From assembly GCA_020636435.1 (NCBI GenBank), contig JACJXX010000002.1, forward strand, positions 2,722,921-2,786,920: a stretch of DNA of 64,000 nt, written 5' to 3'. The stretch's first letter is position 1. Every line of letters starts with the position of its first letter. This stretch comes from Lewinellaceae bacterium (GTDB lineage: Bacteria; Bacteroidota; Bacteroidia; Chitinophagales; Saprospiraceae). A program made the position numbers and the translations under genes. The notes beneath the pieces are model-generated. The model saw only the letters and a program-made list of their open reading frames with translations. It ran no database searches and was not told the origin of the DNA. Below are positions 52,720-62,093 of the stretch, one piece after another.

Positions 52720-53916
52720 TCACTCCTCCCCCGAAGCCTGATAAGCAGAATAAACCCGCCGCAAGTACCAGCGCACTACCCGGACCCGGGCAACCCGCCA
52801 GGCAAAAACTGCTTTTTCCCAAACGGCCACACCCGTTTCTTTACCCCAATTCCACCCCAGGCGGGCGGCGGTGGCGAGCTTCTCCCGCCACCAGGGCCAG
52901 CGGTACTGCCGGATTCGGTCGATATTGGCGATAAGCAGGAAGAAGAATGCAATAAACAAAGCGGCGCCGAAGGCGGCCTGCCAGGGCGTAAGGCTGCGGT
53001 ACCAGAAAGTGGACAGGCCAATGCCAAACCAGGTGCTGTACAGCAAGACGAAGTGCACCTCGTAAATGACCAGCGTTTCGCTGCCGATGCGCAGGAGGAG
53101 TTTGGGGATATTTTGCCACAGCTGGGCGATCCAGATGAAGATGGCAACGGCGATGAAGACATGCCCCAGCCGCCACGCCAGGAAGTTGAAGTTGGCGTGT
53201 GCCAGGAAGTTCTGCCAGCCGGTCGCTTCGTACAGTTGCACCAGCACCCAGGAGGAACAATAGTGGGTGAACAAGCCAGAGGCTAAGAGCGCCAATGGCA
53301 GGATTTGCCCGAATGCCCATTGGGGGCGGCGGTTCAGGGCGTAGCCCAGCACCCCCCCGAGCATGGAATAGCCAACCCAGGGGATGGGGGTGAAAACGGA
53401 GCCATTGGATTGGGTAAAGTAGTTCTCCAGCGCCAGGGGCAGAAAGGTCCAGTCGGCATTTTTAAATTCGAAATGAAAGTAAAATACCAGCGCCCCGCCC
53501 AGCCCCAGCAGCAAGGGGTAGGAAAGCCGGAAGTAACGGCTCAGCCCAAAAACGGCGATGAGGGACAACAAAGACAGCCCGATGCAGTGCAGCACGTCGA
53601 CGGCAAAAAGCGCCGGATAAATATGGAACGTGAGCAGCTGAGGGAAGCTGAGCCGGAGGATATACCCGATGACGATCAACTCCACCCCCCGGCGCAGCCC
53701 TTTCCTCACCCGCCCATTCTCCCGGAACGGCGCCTTGTCCCGCATCAGCAGGAAGACGAAGATCAACCCGCTGGCGAAAAAGAAAATGGGGGCGGTCATG
53801 CCCCGCATAAAGGACCAGGCGCTAAAGACGGGGTTGCCCAGGTCGCGGAATGACGGCGCCAGCAGGGTGTCAATAAAGTGGCCCTGCAGCATCATCAGGA
53901 TGGCGTAGGCGCGCAA
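52720..53916 (-). CDS. DUF1624/heparan-alpha-glucosaminide N-acetyltransferase-like membrane protein
   Basis: 398 aa and polytopic, with LRAYAILMMLQGHF near the N-terminus. The only canonical start is TTG at 53916. Confidence 0.7.
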   Translation of the reverse strand: MRAYAILMMLQGHFIDTLLAPSFRDLGNPVFSAWSFMRGMTAPIFFFASGLIFVFLLMRDKAPFRENGRVRKGLRRGVELIVIGYILRLSFPQLLTFHIYPALFAVDVLHCIGLSLLSLIAVFGLSRYFRLSYPLLLGLGGALVFYFHFEFKNADWTFLPLALENYFTQSNGSVFTPIPWVGYSMLGGVLGYALNRRPQWAFGQILPLALLASGLFTHYCSSWVLVQLYEATGWQNFLAHANFNFLAWRLGHVFIAVAIFIWIAQLWQNIPKLLLRIGSETLVIYEVHFVLLYSTWFGIGLSTFWYRSLTPWQAAFGAALFIAFFFLLIANIDRIRQYRWPWWREKLATAARLGWNWGKETGVAVWEKAVFAWRVARVRVVRWYLRRVYSAYQASGEE

Positions 53917-54427
53917 TAGGTCGATGAAGGTGACGCGCCGGTTGGCGAAAGGAGCGGATATCGGTCTGATGGCTGTATGTTTTTTTTAAAGAATCACTGA
54001 TCAATGATACCGGAAATTACAGACGTAAAATAACCTTTTTGTAACGTTCGGGATCGGAAAAAAACAGCTCATATCTGAAATTAGTTTTAGGGCCGTCCGG
54101 TATTTTGTGTTTATGTTTAAGTGGTAATGGTTCGGTGAGATTTGTTTGGGAACAACTGTTGTTTTAAGCCGGGCTTTTTATGAGTAAAACTCTGGCTGCC
54201 ATTTGTTTGCGGGGCAAAGTTAGGGAAAATCATCCTGGCAAGTGGTTTTTTGAGAAATTATTTGATGCCTCTCAGATAGGATAATCGCACAGGATTTGGG
54301 GGTATTGGAATTTGATTATGTAGTGCCGCTTTCCTTTTCATCGAATGGAACAGGCATAATGTCTAATACTTTTAGAACCAATAAGTTATAATTGTTTCGA
54401 AAATTTTCCAAATGGTATTATCATAAA
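53917..54427. other. 510-bp AT-rich spacer without ORFs of 60 aa or longer
   Basis: Hand counts give 22/60 G+C for 54001-54060 and 20/60 for 54061-54120. The flanking coding DNA is clearly GC-rich. None of the palindromic families recognised elsewhere is present. Confidence 0.6.
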
Positions 54428-55936
54428 TTAATATTCATTCAAGACTTTAAATGCGCTACTCAAACTTTCTGTAATATCCCCCGCCACCATCGCCTCCTGC
54501 CCGAACTCCCGGGCCGCAAGATCCCCCGCCAGCCCATGCAAGAATACTCCAAGCAATGCAGCATGTAGCGGTTCATAACCCTGCGCCAGTAAGCCGGTGA
54601 TCATGCCCGTCAGCACATCCCCGCTGCCCGCCGTGGCCATGCCCGGGTTGCCGGTGCTGTTGAAATAACAACACCCGTCCGGGGCGGCGATGCAGGTGTG
54701 GGCACCCTTGAGCACGATGTGAATGCCCAGTTCCTGTGCTTTTTTTCGCTGCATTTCGTTGCGTTCGAAACCATTAGAAGCCTTGCCGAAGAGGCGTTCG
54801 AACTCCTTGGGGTGGGGGGTGAGGATGCTGCCCTTGGGGATATGCTGCTGCCACTCCGGGCGCTTTCCCAGGATGTTGAGGGCGTCGGCGTCGATCACCA
54901 GGGGTTGGTTGGCCTTTTTCAGCAATTCCAGCACGGCTTTCCGGGTGGCCTTCTTCTGGCCCAGGCCGCAGCCCAGGCCAATGGCGGCATATCCTTCCAG
55001 TTTGGGGATTGCAGAAAGCAGGAATTGGTGGCGGTCGACGTTAACCATCGCTTCCGGCACGCTGATCTGCATGATCTCGTACCCGCATTTGGGCACGTGC
55101 AGGCTTACCAGCCCGGCGCCGGCGCGCAGGCAGGCGCGGCCGGAAAGCACGGCGGCGCCCATCTTGCCGTAGCTGCCCACGAGGAGCAGGGCATGGCCAT
55201 AGGTGCCCTTGTGGCCGTACTTGTGGCGAGGCCTAAGCAACAGTTTTATAAAAGCCTCATCCATAAAGAAATATGGTGTTTGCGCCTCTTCAATCGCTTT
55301 GGCGTGCAGGCCAATACTTCGGGCTGTCCATGTCCCTACCCGCTGCTGGTTTTCCGGAAAGAAAAAGGCGAACTTGGGCATTTCGAAGCTGAAAGTATAG
55401 TCGGCATGGAAGACAATGCTCTCTGTAGGCCGGTCAGCGAAGAGCCCCGAAGGGATGTCGATGGCCACTCGGGTGCCCGACTGCCGGTTGAGGTGCTCCA
55501 GCAGCTCCGCCCAGAAGCCCTCCACCGGGCGGTTGAGGCCGGAGCCGAAGATGCCGTCGATGATAATAGCGCCCTTGGGCAATTCCGGCAGGGCGCCGTT
55601 CTTTTCAATATCTTGAACAGGCACGCCGCCGTGGGCGGGCAATCGGCCGAGGTTGACGTCAAAATCTTCAGAAGTGCTGCTGCCGATGCGGCAACGGTAA
55701 ACTTTCACATCGTAGAAGCGGTGGTGCAGCATTCGGGCGATGGCCAGGCCGTCGCCCCCGTTGTTGCCCGGCCCGCAGAAGATGTGAATTGGCCTTTGTA
55801 CATCGGGAAACTGTTCAGTAAACCAGTAGGCAAAGGCGAGGGCTGCCCGCTCCATCAGGTCAATGGAAGCAATGGGCTCGTTCTGGATGGTGTACGCGTC
55901 GAGTTGGCGGATTTGTTCTGCGGTGAAGATTTTCAT
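54428..55936 (-). CDS. nnr: bifunctional NAD(P)H-hydrate epimerase / ADP-dependent dehydratase
   Basis: 502 aa. It has a YjeF_N half (MKIFTAEQIRQLDAYTI..., GPGNNGGDG) and a C-terminal carbohydrate-kinase-like half (GSGDVLTGMI). Confidence 0.9.
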   Translation of the reverse strand: MKIFTAEQIRQLDAYTIQNEPIASIDLMERAALAFAYWFTEQFPDVQRPIHIFCGPGNNGGDGLAIARMLHHRFYDVKVYRCRIGSSTSEDFDVNLGRLPAHGGVPVQDIEKNGALPELPKGAIIIDGIFGSGLNRPVEGFWAELLEHLNRQSGTRVAIDIPSGLFADRPTESIVFHADYTFSFEMPKFAFFFPENQQRVGTWTARSIGLHAKAIEEAQTPYFFMDEAFIKLLLRPRHKYGHKGTYGHALLLVGSYGKMGAAVLSGRACLRAGAGLVSLHVPKCGYEIMQISVPEAMVNVDRHQFLLSAIPKLEGYAAIGLGCGLGQKKATRKAVLELLKKANQPLVIDADALNILGKRPEWQQHIPKGSILTPHPKEFERLFGKASNGFERNEMQRKKAQELGIHIVLKGAHTCIAAPDGCCYFNSTGNPGMATAGSGDVLTGMITGLLAQGYEPLHAALLGVFLHGLAGDLAAREFGQEAMVAGDITESLSSAFKVLNEY

Positions 55937-56027
55937 TTGGGAGTTGTTGATTGGTTATGATTAACCGGGCCTGCTAATAAAGTTTATCAGTAATTTAGGA
56001 AATTGCCTTACTAAAAAACACAAGCCA

Positions 56028-57134
56028 ATGGAGTTATCCAAATTTTTTGAAGGGTTAAAAGTCGTAGAGCTGGCCAGCGTCCTGGCGGGCCCGGCAGTCG
56101 GCATGTTTTTTGCCGAGCTGGGCGCCGAGGTCATCAAAGTAGAAAACCCGCTTACCGGGGGCGACGTCACCCGCCGCTGGAAATTGCCCAATGAAAGCCC
56201 CGATGCAGCGTTGTCGGCCTATTACTGCTGTGTCAATTATCAAAAAAAGGTGCGCTTCATCAATTTAAAAACAACGGAAGGGCAGGCGGAAGTTTACGCG
56301 TTGGCCAAAGAAGCCGATATCGTCATCAGCAATTATACCGGCAGGGACGCTGGAAAGCTGGGCATGAGTTACGAGGCGCTGGCCCGGCTGAACCCCCGCC
56401 TGATTTACGCCCATCTGACCGCCTTCGGGGAGGAGGTCGAACGCCCGGCATTCGACGTGGTGCTGCAGGCCGAGGCCGGCTACCTCTTCATGTCGGGCGA
56501 GCCTGGCCGGGAGCCCTCCAAAATGCCGGTGGCGCTGATCGATATCCTGGCGGCTCATCAGCTGAAGGAAGGCATCTTGCTGGCCCTGCTGCGCCGCCAG
56601 CAAACCGGGCAGGGCGCCTACGTCAGCACTTCCCTGCTCGAATCCGCCATCGCCTCTCTGGCCAACCAGGCTACCAACTGGCTGATGGCGGGGTTTATTC
56701 CTCAGCCCATGGGCAGCCAGCACCCCAACATCGCTCCCTACGGCGATATTTTTCTGACACAAGACCGGAAAGCGCTGGTCATCGCCGCCGGCACGGAGCG
56801 GCAGTTTCAAACCCTTTGCCGCGTGCTTCAACTCGCCGGCCTGCCGGAGGACGAACGCTTCTCCACCAACGCCAGGCGGGTAAAGAACCGGGAAGCCCTT
56901 AACGCCGTCCTGAGCAGCAGTTTCCTCAAATATACACGGCAGGAGGCCCTCGATATCCTTCTGGAAGCCAAGGTGCCTGTGGGCTGCATCCGCAATATGG
57001 AGGAAGTCTTCGAGCAGCCCCGCGCCCGGGCTATGGTCCTGGAAGAACTGCTGCCGGGAGGGGAACGGACGAAGAGAGTGAAGACCGTAGCTTTTCAGGC
57101 AAGAGGGCTCAATCCAGACACTGAATTTGATTGA
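56028..57134 (+). CDS. family III CoA-transferase (CaiB/BaiF)
   Basis: 368 aa. The N-terminus is FEGLKVVELASVLAGPAVGMFFAELGAEVIKVENP. Confidence 0.85.
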   Translation: MELSKFFEGLKVVELASVLAGPAVGMFFAELGAEVIKVENPLTGGDVTRRWKLPNESPDAALSAYYCCVNYQKKVRFINLKTTEGQAEVYALAKEADIVISNYTGRDAGKLGMSYEALARLNPRLIYAHLTAFGEEVERPAFDVVLQAEAGYLFMSGEPGREPSKMPVALIDILAAHQLKEGILLALLRRQQTGQGAYVSTSLLESAIASLANQATNWLMAGFIPQPMGSQHPNIAPYGDIFLTQDRKALVIAAGTERQFQTLCRVLQLAGLPEDERFSTNARRVKNREALNAVLSSSFLKYTRQEALDILLEAKVPVGCIRNMEEVFEQPRARAMVLEELLPGGERTKRVKTVAFQARGLNPDTEFD

Positions 57135-58284
57135 TAAAGAACCCCATCTCAAAAATCTCATACTCCTCGTAGCCGCTGCTCCAGGAAACGATGACCGAAT
57201 CGGCCTCGCTTTGCCGGACGATGTTGAGCTGGCCCTGGCTGATGGGGTAGTGGACGAGGTAGGACAGCAGGCCCGTCTCGGTGTTGTAGGTGCCCTTGTC
57301 CATTTTTCCGGAAAACAGGGTAATGAACTGGCCGTTCAGCAATTTGATCATGAGGTAACTGCCCTTTTCAATAAAACCGTAGGCCTCGCGGGCATTGGGG
57401 TAAGCAAAGGTGAATTCCAGCGTGAGGTAACGAAATCCGCCCAGTTGGGTGAAATACCCTTCGCAGGTGAGGTATTCCTGGTTTTTGAGCACGGACCGGA
57501 GGCGGTCGTCGGTATGGGTGAAGAGCAGTTGTTTCTGCAGGTCCCGGCGAAAGCGCCCCTGGTTGTCTTTTCCTTCATAGGCAAACTGGCAGGCAGGCGG
57601 CGGCGGGTTGATGATCACATTGTCAGTGGAAGTGAAGGGGTTGTAATTGTCGTCTAATAGCAGGTGTTCATAGGAAGCGCCGGCGGTTACCTTCAGATTT
57701 TCGTACTGTTTGGCCTGTTGTTTTTTGAGTTCCTGTTGTTTGGCGTAATCTTCCACGTAATTTCCCCGCCGGGTGATGGATTCGGCACGGCTTGCCTCCG
57801 AGAGGGCCATCTGGGCCTCCCGGGCGGCTTCCGCCTCCGCCAGCCTCGCCGATTCCAGCCTTGTTGCCAGTTGCCCGGTGGCGGCGCTTCCGGGGTTGCT
57901 CTGCCGCGCCCGGCGGTATTCTTCCTCCAGCCTTGCCCGCTGGCGGCTGGCCTCATCGGCGCGGTCCTGAGCGATGTGGGCAGCATCCCGGGCAATCTGC
58001 GATTTGCGGTCGGCGATCCGCCGAAGGTCCTCTTCGGTGACGGGAATGCTTCCTTCCAGCGGGGCGATCCGGATGTCGGAAACCGGATACTTCCCTTCGG
58101 CTTGTGCCGGCGCCTGCCCTTCAGCAGCGCCGGAGAATTCGGAAAACACCTGGGTGGCGCCGTCCGGAAAAACAATGATGGTTTCTCCTTTTTCATTGGT
58201 GCGCATAACGGGCTGCGCGGCCAGCGGCGCCAATACGCCTCCCATAATAACGGCCAGAAGCCCAAAAAAAAGCCTAAATTGCAT
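57109..58284 (-). CDS. hypothetical secreted protein with central coiled-coil-like region
   Basis: 391 aa with signal peptide MQFRLFFGLLAVIMGGVLAPLAAQ. It has an R/E/A-rich segment, then a globular C-terminal half. Its 3' end overlaps the convergent CoA-transferase gene by 26 nt. Confidence 0.7.
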   Translation of the reverse strand: MQFRLFFGLLAVIMGGVLAPLAAQPVMRTNEKGETIIVFPDGATQVFSEFSGAAEGQAPAQAEGKYPVSDIRIAPLEGSIPVTEEDLRRIADRKSQIARDAAHIAQDRADEASRQRARLEEEYRRARQSNPGSAATGQLATRLESARLAEAEAAREAQMALSEASRAESITRRGNYVEDYAKQQELKKQQAKQYENLKVTAGASYEHLLLDDNYNPFTSTDNVIINPPPPACQFAYEGKDNQGRFRRDLQKQLLFTHTDDRLRSVLKNQEYLTCEGYFTQLGGFRYLTLEFTFAYPNAREAYGFIEKGSYLMIKLLNGQFITLFSGKMDKGTYNTETGLLSYLVHYPISQGQLNIVRQSEADSVIVSWSSGYEEYEIFEMGFFINQIQCLD

Positions 58285-58422
58285 GGTTCGTAATGGTTTT
58301 GGGAAATTACCCTATTTTTAGTGCCGGATAAACGCTGTAGTTTTCCTGCATATTTATACGTTAAGGCAGGGCATTTGGTTGCAAACATCAAACGGCCTCG
58401 CCGAATTAAAACCAAACGAATA

Positions 58423-60600
58423 ATGAGAAAAACCGTATGGGCCATTTTACTGCTAAGCCTGTTCTCCTGTGAGACGGACCCCAGGGAAGGCGAAACAGGC
58501 ATTTTACCCGAATTTAAGGATATCCAGGTCCAGTACCCCGATACCTACCGCGACACCACCGTGGTGGACGACTATTTTGGCATGAAGGTAGCCGACCCCT
58601 ACCGCTGGCTGGAGGAGGAAGATTCGCCTTCCACCCGCCGGTGGGTCGGCCAGGAGCAATCGCTTACCAACAACTACCTGAAATACATTCCCTATAGGGA
58701 TGCCATTCGGCAGCGGCTCACCCGGCTGTGGAATTATGAGCGCTACGCTCCTCCCGTAAAAAGAGGGGATTATTACTACCTCTTTAAAAACGACGGGTTG
58801 CAAAACCAGGACATCCTCTTTCGGATGGCCAGGCTGGACAGCCCGCTGGAGGTTGTGCTCGACCCCAACCGCTTCTCCAGTGACGGCACTGTTTCCCTGG
58901 GAGAATACGCTTTTTCGCAGGACGGATCCATGCTCGCCTACCAGGTGTCCGAAGCGGGTTCCGACTGGCGGTCCATCCTGATCCGCGACCTGAGCGCCGG
59001 CCGCAACCTCCAGGACACCGTGCACTGGGTAAAATTTTCGGAGATCGCCTGGTTCCGCGACGGCTTTTTTTACTCCCGCTATCCGGAACCCCGCCCGGGA
59101 GAAGCCCTCACCGGCTCCAACGAGTTCCATCAGGTTTATTATCACAAGGTGGGCACGCCGCAGTCGGAAGACGTACTTGCCTTTGCCGACCGCCGCAACC
59201 CGAAGCGAAACGTTAACGCTACCACCACCGACGACGAGCGCTTCCTGGCGCTCAGCGTGATGGAATCGACCAGCGGCAACGCGCTTTACTTCCGGGACCT
59301 TCGCACAGACGACCTGTCCTTCATCCCGATTGTCGAAAATTTCGACAACGATTTTGAAGTGGTCGGCAGCGATGAGAACAACCTCTATGTGCTCACCAAC
59401 TACAAAGCCTCCAATCAGCGCCTGCTGCGGATCAATACCCGCGAACCCGGCGCCCGTTACTGGCAGGAGGTCATCCCCGCTTCCGGCGATGTGCTGCAGG
59501 AGGTTTATTTCTTCGGAGGCAAACTCATCGCCCATTACCTGCACGACGCTTACAGCCAGCTGAAAGTGTTTTCGACGGAAGGCCAGGAGGAAAAAACCAT
59601 TGAGCTGCCCGGCATCGGCGCCGTCCTCAGCGTCGCCGGCCGCAAAGACAGCCCCGAGGTTTTTTACGAGTTCTCCTCCCTCATTCAACCCGGCACGATC
59701 TACCGGCTCGACCTGGATACTTATGCCCAGTCGGTGTATAAACAACCCGGATCGGATTTTGACACCGACGCCTATGAGGTCCGGCAGGTGCGGTATCAAA
59801 GTTATGACGGAACGGAAATACCCATGTTTATCGTGCACCGCAAGGGGCTCAAGCCCGGCGGCGCCCATCCTACTTTGCTGTATGGATATGGCGGGTTCAA
59901 CATCCCCGTCCTGCCTGTTTTCAACCGCACCCGGTACATGCTGTTCCCGGTGGTGCTGGAAAACGGCGGGGTGTGCGCCATAGCCAGTATCCGCGGGGGT
60001 GGAGAGTTCGGAGCAGCCTGGCACGAGGCGGGAACCAAACACCGCAAGCAGAATGTCTTCGACGACTTTCAGGCGGCGGCGGAATACCTCATTGCCAACC
60101 AGTATACCAACCCCTCCAAGCTGGCGATCCACGGCGCATCCAACGGCGGATTGCTGGTGGGCGCCTGCCTGGTGCAGCGCCCCGACCTCTACGCCGTAGC
60201 CCTGCCGGCGGTGGGCGTAATGGATATGCTGCGCTATCAGAAATTCACCATCGGATGGGCATGGGCCGATGACTATGGCCTGAGCGACAACAAAGAGGAC
60301 TTCGACTACCTCTTCGCGTACTCTCCTTTGCACAACATTGCCCGGGAAAAGTATCCGGCCACCATGATCACTACTGCCGACCACGACGACCGGGTGGTGC
60401 CGGCTCATTCTTTTAAATTCGGGGCTACGCTACAGGCCCGGCAGGAGGGCGGCGCCCCCATTCTGATCCGGATCGAGACGAGCGCCGGGCATGGCGCCGG
60501 CAGCCCCACCTCGAAACGCATCGAGGCCGGAGCGGATATGCTGGCCTTTATGCTGTACAATATGAAGGAGGGTGTCATTTATTCCGCCGCTTCCGAGTGA
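58423..60600 (+). CDS. prolyl oligopeptidase (S9A) lipoprotein
   Basis: ATG at 58423 (MRKTVWAILLLSLFSC). It has a beta-propeller N-half and a catalytic half with GASNGGLL and ADHDDRV. Confidence 0.9.
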   Translation: MRKTVWAILLLSLFSCETDPREGETGILPEFKDIQVQYPDTYRDTTVVDDYFGMKVADPYRWLEEEDSPSTRRWVGQEQSLTNNYLKYIPYRDAIRQRLTRLWNYERYAPPVKRGDYYYLFKNDGLQNQDILFRMARLDSPLEVVLDPNRFSSDGTVSLGEYAFSQDGSMLAYQVSEAGSDWRSILIRDLSAGRNLQDTVHWVKFSEIAWFRDGFFYSRYPEPRPGEALTGSNEFHQVYYHKVGTPQSEDVLAFADRRNPKRNVNATTTDDERFLALSVMESTSGNALYFRDLRTDDLSFIPIVENFDNDFEVVGSDENNLYVLTNYKASNQRLLRINTREPGARYWQEVIPASGDVLQEVYFFGGKLIAHYLHDAYSQLKVFSTEGQEEKTIELPGIGAVLSVAGRKDSPEVFYEFSSLIQPGTIYRLDLDTYAQSVYKQPGSDFDTDAYEVRQVRYQSYDGTEIPMFIVHRKGLKPGGAHPTLLYGYGGFNIPVLPVFNRTRYMLFPVVLENGGVCAIASIRGGGEFGAAWHEAGTKHRKQNVFDDFQAAAEYLIANQYTNPSKLAIHGASNGGLLVGACLVQRPDLYAVALPAVGVMDMLRYQKFTIGWAWADDYGLSDNKEDFDYLFAYSPLHNIAREKYPATMITTADHDDRVVPAHSFKFGATLQARQEGGAPILIRIETSAGHGAGSPTSKRIEAGADMLAFMLYNMKEGVIYSAASE

Positions 60601-60662
60601 CGGGAAAAACAAGAATATTTCCCCCCGGCCGCCGGCCGGAATAACCATGGACTTGAACCTAC

Positions 60663-61457
60663 ATGTTGTATCTGTTTAATATAGGCTTTCTTCCCGTTCG
60701 CATCTGGGATGTCCTGGACATCCTGATCGTCGGTTACCTGATCTATCAGATCTACAAGCTGCTGAAAGGGAATATCGCCTTCAATATTTTTGTCGGGGTG
60801 ATGACCCTCTACGTCGTGTGGTGGCTGGTCAATCAGCTGGACATGGACCTGCTCGCGGCCGTGCTGGACCAGTTCGTCAGCGTAGGGGTGATCATCATCA
60901 TCATCATTTTCCAGCCGGAGGTCCGGCGGTTTTTGCTCTTCCTCGGCAACACGACGCTGCGGCAGCGCTCCAATTTCGTCGGGCGCATCATCGACCGCAA
61001 CCTGGAGAATACCGAAGAGAAAGCCCGCCAAATCCGGGCGATGCGCTCCGCGCTGCTGCGGATGAGCAAGAAGAAGACCGGCGCCCTCATCGTGCTGGCC
61101 GGCAACCTGAGCCTCGACGGGCTGGTCAGCTCCGGCGTGGGGCTCGACGCGGAGATCAGCGAACCCATCCTGGAGAGCATTTTCAACAAGGAAAGCCCTC
61201 TGCACGACGGAGCGGTGCTTATCGCCAACGGCAAGCTGAAATCTGCCAGCTGCATCCTGCCGGTTTCCGAAAACCCCAACCTGCCCAAATCGGCGGGCCT
61301 GAGGCATCGCGCCGCCGTGGGCATCTCGGAACGGGCCAATGTGGCTGCTTTTGTCGTCTCCGAAGAAACCGGATACATCTCCTATGCAGTTGACGGGGAG
61401 CTGCGAAGGAAGGTCTCAGAGGATGCCCTGCAGGAGTTGCTCAATCAATATTTTTAG
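60663..61457 (+). CDS. cdaA: diadenylate cyclase (c-di-AMP synthase), membrane-anchored
   Basis: 264 aa with three N-terminal TM helices. The DAC domain has TGALIVL, PLHDGAVLI, RHRAAVGISE and VVSEETG. Confidence 0.9.
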   Translation: MLYLFNIGFLPVRIWDVLDILIVGYLIYQIYKLLKGNIAFNIFVGVMTLYVVWWLVNQLDMDLLAAVLDQFVSVGVIIIIIIFQPEVRRFLLFLGNTTLRQRSNFVGRIIDRNLENTEEKARQIRAMRSALLRMSKKKTGALIVLAGNLSLDGLVSSGVGLDAEISEPILESIFNKESPLHDGAVLIANGKLKSASCILPVSENPNLPKSAGLRHRAAVGISERANVAAFVVSEETGYISYAVDGELRRKVSEDALQELLNQYF

Positions 61458-61476
61458 CGCAATACTATCCGTATCT

Positions 61477-62007
61477 ATGAAACTTCAGCGCCTCCAGGAA
61501 TTTGAGATTGAAGAGGCTACCGAATTGGCCATTGCCGGCCTGCTGGGCGATTGCTTCCCGGAGTATCCGCAGGGGCGTATCTATTTCAAACAGCTACCGG
61601 ATTTCCGTTTCCTGTGCTGGGAAAACGAGTCGCTCATCGCCCACATGGCGGTGGAACACCGCATCATCGACAACGATGGCCAAGCCCTCCGCATTTTCGG
61701 CATAGCTGACCTCTGCGTGGCCGAAGCCTTCCAGCACCGCCGCCTGGCCAGCCGAATGATCTCTGAACTCGCCATCCTGGGCCTGCGCCACCGGATCGAT
61801 TTCCTCCTGCTAATGGCAAAAGACCACGGGCTCTACGAGAGCAACGGATTCCAATTGGTGTCCAATACCTGCCAGTGGTTGATGATCAGCGAAAACCGCA
61901 CCCTGGGCATTGCCCACCGCCGGGTCAGGTCGAGCCTCATGATCAAAGCCCTGGGCAAAAAAGAATGGAAGCCCGGGCTGGTGGACTTTCTGGGGCACGT
62001 GTTTTAA
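61477..62007 (+). CDS. GNAT-family N-acetyltransferase
   Basis: ATG at 61477 (MKLQRLQEFEIEE...). The acetyl-CoA motif A-like segment is CVAEAFQHRRLASRMISEL. Confidence 0.7.
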   Translation: MKLQRLQEFEIEEATELAIAGLLGDCFPEYPQGRIYFKQLPDFRFLCWENESLIAHMAVEHRIIDNDGQALRIFGIADLCVAEAFQHRRLASRMISELAILGLRHRIDFLLLMAKDHGLYESNGFQLVSNTCQWLMISENRTLGIAHRRVRSSLMIKALGKKEWKPGLVDFLGHVF

Positions 62008-62093
62008 TTTTCCGGGGCTGGCAAATTCAACAAATTTCGTACTTTAGCCATCCGCTAAAAAACTAAAACGATCAAATAAATACCAATACGAAC

